Shown: one piece after another, positions 57,745 through 64,000 of the stretch | How the letters are laid out: each line of letters starts with the position of its first letter | How positions within the stretch are numbered: position 1 is the first letter of the stretch | Assembly (NCBI GenBank): GCA_027345185.1 | Contig: DAHWIK010000044.1 | Location: forward strand, 3,396-67,395 | Source of the DNA: Candidatus Micrarchaeota archaeon | GTDB taxonomy: Archaea > Micrarchaeota > Micrarchaeia > Micrarchaeales > CABMGC01 | DNA: 64,000 bases | Direction of reading: 5' to 3' | The notes under the pieces: model-generated | What the model was told of the DNA's origin: nothing | Database searches by the model: none | What the model saw: only the letters and a program-made list of their open reading frames with translations | Made by a program: the position numbers and the translations under genes

Positions 57745-59041
57745 GGAAATGGCTTGCGCAGCTCATGCACGGGTCATAAGCCCTTATTAGTTTCTCTATC
57801 TCGAACTCTATCTGGCTCTTTGGTTTATCCATATTGGCATTTACAAGCTCCAGAACACTCTTCTCCATGCATACCTGATTCTGCTGCGTAGGCACTATTA
57901 TGTTGCCGTATTTTACCTTGCCGTCATTGCCTATAGAAAGCATGTAGTATAGCGTGCCGCGCGGTGCCTCAATCATTCCTATTCCCTGACCTTCCTTTAT
58001 GACCACCGAATCGGAATGCTCTTCCTTGAAGTCGTTGGATTCGAGCAGCTCTATGGATGCATCTATGCAATGCAGGACCTCTATTGCCTGTGCAAGATTA
58101 TTATGGAATATGTTCTTTGATGGAAATGCCGATGTGTATTTTGACGCATCCGCTTTTGTCTCACCATGCAGATTGTCCTTGTTCAGGTTCATTCTTGAAA
58201 TTGCACCGACCATGAATTCCTGGCCTTCAAACTTGTAGCCCACAGCCTGCGAGTAGGGCATTATCACAGCATTGAGATAGTCCCAGTATCTGTCCTCAAG
58301 GATGCATGACCCGCGCGAGTCGATGATCTTGCCTTTCGAGAATGAATAGTCATCTGTAACCAGCGAAACGAAGTTTGTATCCCTTTCCAGGTTCAAACCG
58401 CACGAATAGAATATCTCCATGAACTCTATTGCATATCCCCTTACTGATTTCAATTCCTTGACCAGCTTGTCTACTTCGGCCTTGTCAGGAATATGAGAAA
58501 ATTTTCCTACCTCTGCAAACGTTGCGTGCACTGCCCTTCCCGCTATCACTTTTGACAGGTTATTTCCTGTGCTTTTTATTGCAAACGCCTTCCTTATCAT
58601 ATCGTCCTGGGATTTATCAAAGTCCAGTATTGAATCTTTCCCGAAAAGGTCTGGGAGGCAGAACAGGTACAGGTGCAGCGCGTGGTCCCTTATCATCATG
58701 CCATACAATGATAGCTTCCTGAGCATAAGGGTCTGGTCGGTCGGCTCGAAGCCTATTGCATTTTCAACAGCTTCTGAACAGCAGGTCAGGTGGGCTATGC
58801 TGCAAGTCCCGCAAATTCTTGAGGTCATCAGAGGCAGGGAGATTGCAGGTTTTCCGCGTATCGCCTGCGTATAAAACCTCTTGCTTTCTGTTATCTTCAG
58901 CTTTACATAGTCCACTTTTCCATTCTTGATTCGGATGTCAAGATTGCTATGTCCTTCAGTCTTGCTGATATTGTTTATACGGATATGGCCTCCGCCACCG
59001 GGTTCATATGCTGAATCTTCAAACCTATGCACTTGATACAC
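57725..59041 (-). CDS. [NiFe]-hydrogenase large subunit (group 3-like motifs)
   Basis: L1 box RICGTCSIAH and L2 box DPCMSCASH, followed by the short cleavable tail FLKVKWR. 438 aa. Confidence 0.88.
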   Translation of the reverse strand: MYQVHRFEDSAYEPGGGGHIRINNISKTEGHSNLDIRIKNGKVDYVKLKITESKRFYTQAIRGKPAISLPLMTSRICGTCSIAHLTCCSEAVENAIGFEPTDQTLMLRKLSLYGMMIRDHALHLYLFCLPDLFGKDSILDFDKSQDDMIRKAFAIKSTGNNLSKVIAGRAVHATFAEVGKFSHIPDKAEVDKLVKELKSVRGYAIEFMEIFYSCGLNLERDTNFVSLVTDDYSFSKGKIIDSRGSCILEDRYWDYLNAVIMPYSQAVGYKFEGQEFMVGAISRMNLNKDNLHGETKADASKYTSAFPSKNIFHNNLAQAIEVLHCIDASIELLESNDFKEEHSDSVVIKEGQGIGMIEAPRGTLYYMLSIGNDGKVKYGNIIVPTQQNQVCMEKSVLELVNANMDKPKSQIEFEIEKLIRAYDPCMSCASHFLKVKWR

Positions 59042-59525
59042 CGAATTCTTTAATATATTTGTTCAGGACAGCAAGGAATGCAGACTCGTCCATAGGGCAT
59101 CCCTGCACCTCGTCGTCCACTGGCACTATGTCCTTGACCGATCTTACGTTTGGAGTCTGCTTGAATCGTATTATAAGGAACTCTATCTCCTTCTTTAGTT
59201 CGTCGTTAAAGGTATTTCTTTGGGCTGCGGGCATGCCATTTATTGCACATGAACCTATCATGACCAGCTTCTTGGAGTTTTTCCTTATAGTGCGCAGCTT
59301 TTTGGCGTCCTGCTCCGTAGTTATGGCGCCCTCAACGAAGGCGACATCTATTCCGCTGAGCTTGTTTCTTTTCTTGAGCACCCGTGCATGCCTGATATCA
59401 ATCATGTCCTTCCACTTAAAGAAGTTCTCGTTCATCAGCTCTATCCAGACCATCGTGCTGTCCTCACAGCAGGTAAAGGAGAACCATCCGATCTTCAGCT
59501 TTTTGGATTTCATGGTGATACCCAT
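59025..59525 (-). CDS. [NiFe]-hydrogenase small subunit, minimal single-cluster form
   Basis: 166 aa of the NuoB/Oxidored_q6 type. It has exactly four Cys: FTCCEDS, GSCAINGMP and QGCPMDE. It overlaps the large-subunit start by 17 nt. Confidence 0.75.
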   Translation of the reverse strand: MGITMKSKKLKIGWFSFTCCEDSTMVWIELMNENFFKWKDMIDIRHARVLKKRNKLSGIDVAFVEGAITTEQDAKKLRTIRKNSKKLVMIGSCAINGMPAAQRNTFNDELKKEIEFLIIRFKQTPNVRSVKDIVPVDDEVQGCPMDESAFLAVLNKYIKEFGVSSA

Positions 59526-59605
59526 ACGGTCTTGCTACATCCTCCCGCCCGCAAGCGGCGCGGGCGTCCAATGCCGCTTTTTTGATTGATCATCTTGAAA
59601 CGCCA

Positions 59606-59683
59606 AATTTATAGCATACCTAGAAAGTAATACAACACCTTGTCGGGCAAGAAGTGTAGTATTATAATCCCGTCTAGCTATAG
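59606..59683. repeat. 78-nt intergenic element, copy 2 (partner at 27988-28065)
   Basis: Same orientation and 70/78 identity by manual alignment. Inverted repeat AATACAACAC (59629-59638) / GTGTAGTATT (59654-59663). In this copy the stem extends with CTTG/CAAG. Confidence 0.8.
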
Positions 59684-59914
59684 TTACTGATTCATAGTCA
59701 ACTGCCTTCATGTGCAAAGGTCTTGCACCATCTTCGGAGTCGTTGGCTTCCTGCACGTCCTGCAGTAGTTGGACTTTTTCAAGTCGACCATTTTTATTAC
59801 GGCTTTGGGATTAATATACGTTGCAGTGGTCTTGTATGCCTGGCCTGAAAGAGATGGTTTTTACTTCCACATCAAGAAACCCGGAAATTTTTGATCAGCG
59901 TTTATTTAGCAACA

Positions 59915-59924
59915 TTTTAAATTT
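59915..59924 (+). promoter_or_regulatory. Putative TATA box for a leaderless ChdC/heme operon transcript
   Basis: TTTTAAATTT is centred about 25 nt upstream of the ATG at 59944. Confidence 0.35.
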
Positions 59925-59943
59925 AGCGTTTGCTAATATTATC

Positions 59944-60585
59944 ATGGGATTTTTCATATCTAACGTCTTAGCATACAAGTTCAGACCCAGTTGGTGGGAA
60001 CTTGAAAAGGATAGAAGGAAAATGATACTGGATGAGCTTAGGGAGACGCTTAAAGGAGTGGGAGGGGGCGGCGGGAAGGTGCTTAAAGCCGAGATCTACT
60101 CGTCATTGAGGTACGACTGCAGCATAATCTTCTGGCTGCTCTTGAATAAACCGGAAGAGCTTCCGGTTGCAAGGGCGAAACTAGAGAAGATCCTTGGCAG
60201 GCACGCTTCGATAAAGCACGGCTTCCTCTCTGTATACGAGCAGAAGAAGGAGAAAGGCGACGAAAAACGCGAGTATTTCGTAGCGTACCCGATAAGCAAG
60301 GATCCGGAGTGGTACCTTCTTGATAAAGTCGAGCGCTCCGAGATAATGGCGGAGCACATAAAAATTGCGACAGAGAACCCGAATAACAAAGGGATAAATT
60401 CTTATACAACGATGTCATTTGGTATAGACGATAATGAATTCGTCGTCCTGTACGAGCTGAACTCGATTGAAGAGTGGGTGCTTGTCACGCAGAGCTTGAG
60501 GGAGGCAAAGGCAAGGAAGTGGATGACTAACGAGAAGCCCATACTGGTCGGGAGAAAGGACAATGTTGAGGCTTTTTTGGCATGA
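59944..60585 (+). CDS. Chlorite dismutase family protein, coproheme decarboxylase (ChdC/HemQ)-like
   Basis: ERSEIMAEHIKIA (proximal His region), TTMSFGIDDNEFVVLYELNSIEEW and LREAKARKW match the Cld/HemQ C-terminal domain. The start was chosen at MGFFISNVLAYKF by analogy with HemQ N-termini. Confidence 0.7.
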   Translation: MGFFISNVLAYKFRPSWWELEKDRRKMILDELRETLKGVGGGGGKVLKAEIYSSLRYDCSIIFWLLLNKPEELPVARAKLEKILGRHASIKHGFLSVYEQKKEKGDEKREYFVAYPISKDPEWYLLDKVERSEIMAEHIKIATENPNNKGINSYTTMSFGIDDNEFVVLYELNSIEEWVLVTQSLREAKARKWMTNEKPILVGRKDNVEAFLA

Positions 60586-60598
60586 TCATGGTGGTAAA

Positions 60599-60889
60599 AT
60601 GATAAACGTAGGGATGTATTACAATGTAAAGCAGGGGCATGAAGCCGAGTTTGAGGGGACATTCGCCGGAGTGGTGGAGAAACTGAAAGGCGCTGGAGTA
60701 GGAATAAAGGACGCTAAGCTGTACAGGGAGATAGGAAAGAGCGAGTACATGATATACACAGAATGGGAGAGCCTTGAAGCCTTCAAGGGATTCATACAGA
60801 GCAGGGCATTCGGTGAGACCGTTGCCAATGGAAAGTCCATTATAGAGGGCAGGCCGAGGCACAAGGTATTCGCAGAGATGGATGAGTAG
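60599..60889 (+). CDS. Antibiotic-biosynthesis-monooxygenase (ABM/Dabb) domain protein
   Basis: 96 aa. INVGMYYNVKQGHEAEFE...YMIYTEWESLEAFKGF is the typical ABM ferredoxin-like pattern. A GGTGG sequence lies upstream of the ATG at 60599. Confidence 0.65.
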   Translation: MINVGMYYNVKQGHEAEFEGTFAGVVEKLKGAGVGIKDAKLYREIGKSEYMIYTEWESLEAFKGFIQSRAFGETVANGKSIIEGRPRHKVFAEMDE

Positions 60890-60903
60890 TTTAGGCTGGT
60901 GCA

Positions 60904-61785
60904 ATGAAGGGAGTGTTGCTGATGGCATATGGAGCTCCGAATTCCATAGAAGGGATAAAGGACTATTATACGGATATAAGGGGAGGAGTAGCGCCATCAG
61001 TCGAACACATTGGTGATCTTGTCAAGAGGTACGAGGCCATAGGAGGTGTGTCGCCATTATACAAGATAACTGTAGACCAGGCAGAAGGCCTGCAGAAGGC
61101 CCTTGGTTCGCGTTCGGTGGTCTATTTTGGCATGAAGCATTCACGGCCTTTTATAAAGGATGCTGTTGGAAAAAGCGCGGATGAAGGCGTAGATGAGCTT
61201 CTTTGCATAGCAATAGCTCCGCATTACTCCATAACAGGAACAGGATCTTACATAAGCAGGGTAAAGGATGCAAACACGGCGTTGGGCAACAGAATCCGCA
61301 CAGTGTTTGTAAATTCATGGCACCTTAACAGAAACCTGATAGAATTCTGGAGCAGAAGCATACTCAAGGCTTCTGTAGGGATGAAGAAGCCGTTCATCGT
61401 ATTTTCAGCGCACAGCCTGCCTGAGAAAGCTGAAAGCACAGGCCCCTATAAGGGCCAGCTTCTGGAAACTTCTGCAGCGGTTGCAGAAAAAGCAGGGATA
61501 ACGGACTGGGGGCTTGCATTCCAGAGCCAGAGCAGCAGGGGAGAAAAATGGTACGGACCCACCATACCTGAACTTATAGAGGCCAATATGGAGGAAGACA
61601 GATCGTTTGTCATCGCACCGATAGGATTCGTTTCTGACAACCTTGAGATACTTTATGACATAGACATTGTCTGCAGAAGATGGGCAGAGGATAAAAAGAT
61701 AGTGATGAATCGTGCGGATATGCCGAATAACTCTGCGCTGCTCATAGCGGCGCTTGACGATATTGCAAAGGATAATGGATTATGA
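60904..61785 (+). CDS. hemH: Ferrochelatase (short soluble type; HemH/CpfC)
   Basis: GVLLMAYGAPNS, SPLYKIT and FSAHSLPEK, with the C-terminal E/H acidic region absent or short. 293 aa. Confidence 0.85.
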   Translation: MKGVLLMAYGAPNSIEGIKDYYTDIRGGVAPSVEHIGDLVKRYEAIGGVSPLYKITVDQAEGLQKALGSRSVVYFGMKHSRPFIKDAVGKSADEGVDELLCIAIAPHYSITGTGSYISRVKDANTALGNRIRTVFVNSWHLNRNLIEFWSRSILKASVGMKKPFIVFSAHSLPEKAESTGPYKGQLLETSAAVAEKAGITDWGLAFQSQSSRGEKWYGPTIPELIEANMEEDRSFVIAPIGFVSDNLEILYDIDIVCRRWAEDKKIVMNRADMPNNSALLIAALDDIAKDNGL

Positions 61786-61819
61786 GCTGGCTTGCACAAG
61801 ACGTATTAAGTTGGCATTT

Positions 61820-63493
61820 ATGGAAAAAGTAGTGATTGGAGCAAGGGGAAGCAGGCTGAGCATTGCGCAGACGCAGATAGTCGTTGACAGGATAAAGAGG
61901 TCCTTTCCCAAACTTGCAGTGGAAATCCGAGTCATAAAGACTTACGGAGACATGAAGAAGGGGATGAAGCTTGACAGCATGGAGCAGAAGGGTGTTTTCG
62001 TAAAGGACATAGACAGGCAGCTTGCCGATGGGCAGATAGACCTTGCAGTGCACAGCCTGAAGGACATACCCACAAAACTGCCCGATTCACTGAAGATAGG
62101 CGCAATAGTGGAGAGGTCTGATCCGAGGGACGTACTGATATCAAGGGATAACAGCAAGCTAAGGGACCTCAAGAGGAATGCCAAGATAGGGACGAGCAGC
62201 CTGAGGAGGATGGGGCAGCTGCTTGCGTTTAGAAAAGACCTGAAGGTTGTGGAGATGAGGGGCAATGTTGACAAAAGGGTAGCAAAGCTTGACAGCGGAG
62301 ATTACGACGCGATAGTGCTTGCCGCTGCAGGAATAAAAAGGCTAGGATTGGAGAAGAGAATATCCGAATATCTGCCATTTGGCGTGATGCTTCCTGCGCC
62401 GGGGCAGGGAGCCCTTGCAGTAGAGATCAGAAGCGGTGACAGGCGTGCCGAGGAGATAGCGCGCAGAATAGACGATGCAAAAGTAAGGGCTTCTGTTGAA
62501 GCCGAGAGGATAGCGCTTTCGCGGATTGGAGGTGGCTGCAACGCCCTTCTTGGGGTATTGGCTGGGGTCAGGGGCGACAAGCTGAATATGTCCGCTGCGA
62601 TAACCAGCAGGGACGGGAAAAGAAAACGCAGATACACTCAAAGGGGACTTCTCGGTTTTCCAGAGGAGGCGGGGTTGATGCTGGCCGAGAAGATACTGAT
62701 GAGCGATGTTGCTGATATTATAGGAGACAAAAGACCATATTCTCCGCTCAGTGGGAAGGTCGTACTGGTGACCAGGGAGGAGGCAGAGGGAGAAGGCATA
62801 TGCCAGATGCTTCTTGAACGAGGGGCCGTACCTGTATATTTTCCTACAATAAAGACCGTGGATATCGACAGCCGGGATTCCGGGAAGAAATTAGATAGGC
62901 TGAACAAGTATGACGTTGTGGTAATTACGAGCAGGCGCGGAGCGTCCAGGCTTCTTGGCCTGCTAAAATATAAAGGCATGAGGATGGGTCTGGCAGGCGC
63001 AAGGGTGGTTGCAATAGGAACTGAAACGAAAAGGTATCTCGAGGGCAGCGGAGTGCCGGTGGATTATGTGCCGGATGACTCATATTCCAGGGAGATAGTC
63101 TGCGGCCTGAAAGGGATAAAGGGAAGGAGGATCCTTGTAATAAATTCTGCAAGGGCAGGAAACGGACTGGTTGAGGGATTGGCCAGCAAGGGCGGAAAGG
63201 TAGACAGGATGACCCCGTACACGGTGACGAAGCCGGATACAAGCGGGCTCAGAAGGAAGGCGATATTGGGATATAAGTTCGACTTCGTGACCTTCGCAAG
63301 CCCGTCTGCAGTTGAAGGGTTGATTGCAATCCTTGGGGAGCGCAATGCAAAAAAGGTTCTCTCAAAGAGCAAGGTCGTATGCATAGGAGATACAACGTCA
63401 AAAAAATGCTCCGAAGAAGGAATAAGGGTTCATGCCGTATCGGAAGTGCATTCCCTTTCCGGGATTGTAGACTGCATGGAAAGATCAGGATGA
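61820..63493 (+). CDS. hemC: Fusion protein: hydroxymethylbilane synthase (HemC) + uroporphyrinogen-III synthase (HemD)
   Basis: The N-terminal ~300 aa carry IGARGSRLSIAQT, DLAVHSLKD, RGNVDKRV and the cofactor Cys in GGCNALLG. The C-terminal ~250 aa (GKVVLVTREEAEG...VVITSRRGA...FASPSAVEG) are HemD-like. Start set at the ATG at 61820. Confidence 0.8.
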   Translation: MEKVVIGARGSRLSIAQTQIVVDRIKRSFPKLAVEIRVIKTYGDMKKGMKLDSMEQKGVFVKDIDRQLADGQIDLAVHSLKDIPTKLPDSLKIGAIVERSDPRDVLISRDNSKLRDLKRNAKIGTSSLRRMGQLLAFRKDLKVVEMRGNVDKRVAKLDSGDYDAIVLAAAGIKRLGLEKRISEYLPFGVMLPAPGQGALAVEIRSGDRRAEEIARRIDDAKVRASVEAERIALSRIGGGCNALLGVLAGVRGDKLNMSAAITSRDGKRKRRYTQRGLLGFPEEAGLMLAEKILMSDVADIIGDKRPYSPLSGKVVLVTREEAEGEGICQMLLERGAVPVYFPTIKTVDIDSRDSGKKLDRLNKYDVVVITSRRGASRLLGLLKYKGMRMGLAGARVVAIGTETKRYLEGSGVPVDYVPDDSYSREIVCGLKGIKGRRILVINSARAGNGLVEGLASKGGKVDRMTPYTVTKPDTSGLRRKAILGYKFDFVTFASPSAVEGLIAILGERNAKKVLSKSKVVCIGDTTSKKCSEEGIRVHAVSEVHSLSGIVDCMERSG

Positions 63494-64000
63494 TTTCAAT
63501 GAGGAACGACCTGTTTTTGCGTGCCTGTAGAAAAAAGGATGTTGAGCATACGCCCATATGGCTCATGAGGCAGGCAGGAAGGTATATTCCAGAATATAGG
63601 AGGATAAGAGAGACTTACAGCGTGATGGAGATATGCAGGGATCCGGAGGTCTCATCCAACGTGTCTGCAATGCCGATAGAGATGTTCGGTATGGACGCTG
63701 CGATAATATTCGAGGATTTGATGTTGCCGCTTGAGCCTGCTGGAATAAAGTTCGATCTCGTTGACAAGATTGGGCCGGTGGTCAAGGATCCGATAAGGAA
63801 TGCCTCTGATGTGGACAGGATAAGGGAATATGATGTGAGTGAAGTTGGTTTTGTGGCTGACACAATAAAACTGCTGAAGGGCAAGGTGAATGTTCCGGTT
63901 ATAGGATTTGCAGGAGGACCGTTCACTATTTCATGCTACCTGATTGACGGTATGCGCTCAAAGGGATTTGAAAAAACGAGGCAGATGATAAAATCAGAGC
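63490..64000 (+). CDS. hemE: Uroporphyrinogen decarboxylase (HemE/UroD), N-terminal 170 codons; runs off the right edge
   Basis: Not in the ORF track because it has no stop. Manual translation: MISMRNDLFLRACRKKDVEHTPIWLMRQAGRYIPEYRR..., containing the signature PxWxMRQAGRYxPEY. ATGA overlap with the hemC-D stop. Confidence 0.88.
   Translation, partial: MISMRNDLFLRACRKKDVEHTPIWLMRQAGRYIPEYRRIRETYSVMEICRDPEVSSNVSAMPIEMFGMDAAIIFEDLMLPLEPAGIKFDLVDKIGPVVKDPIRNASDVDRIREYDVSEVGFVADTIKLLKGKVNVPVIGFAGGPFTISCYLIDGMRSKGFEKTRQMIKSE

Noticed and set aside
59535-59756. 73-aa minus-strand ORF ending 10 nt upstream of the hydrogenase small subunit and covering repeat copy 2.
   Set aside because: It has no recognisable family. 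The homologous stretch in copy 1 has no start codon and is bounded by stops. The half-synonymous substitution pattern (4 of 8) is too small a sample. It is kept as an alternative hypothesis under the repeat finding rather than called as a gene.
1-64000. Search for CRISPR arrays, transposases, integrases, prophage or plasmid genes, toxin-antitoxin pairs and known defence-system signatures.
   Set aside because: No spaced direct-repeat array was visible on reading through the intergenic regions. No ORF shows DDE/HUH transposase, tyrosine or serine recombinase, Cas, restriction-modification or other defence hallmarks. The only repeated sequence found is the 78-nt pair.

Overview
Gene-dense (roughly 90% coding) chromosomal segment of an archaeon, with many neighbouring genes overlapping by 1-20 nt. 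Archaeal markers: RNA polymerase subunit K, aIF5A, ribosomal proteins S24e and S27ae, Hel308, ATP-dependent DNA ligase, SMC, two tandem FtsZ paralogues plus SepF, and a CCA-less tRNA-Thr(UGU). The lineage cannot be fixed from sequence alone. A tricorn-factor-like M1 peptidase, cytochrome bd oxidase, the SUF system and compact gene spacing fit a Thermoplasmata-like or small-genome (DPANN/Micrarchaeota-like) organism; this is inference. I saw no rRNA, CRISPR array, transposase, integrase or recognisable defence genes, so this is mostly core genome. Six things stand out. (1) A compact [NiFe]-hydrogenase locus (55.7-59.5 kb) has only two structural subunits, a 166-aa four-Cys small subunit with a tandem-Cys box, an N-terminally extended HypC paralogue and an EamA permease embedded in the maturation operon. 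(2) Divergently adjacent is a heme operon of coproporphyrin-dependent type (ChdC/HemQ-like, ABM protein, ferrochelatase, HemC-HemD fusion, HemE), which is atypical for archaea. (3) A 78-nt element occurs twice, at 27988-28065 and 59606-59683, and is about 90% identical by manual alignment. (4) An uncharacterised gene pair encodes a tandem beta-sandwich protein and an EF-Tu-like protein with a dead GTPase domain. (5) A four-gene lipid/glycosylation operon contains an aberrant CDP-alcohol phosphatidyltransferase. (6) Several gene remnants are present. All calls rest on manual reading of motifs in the supplied ORF translations; no database search was run.
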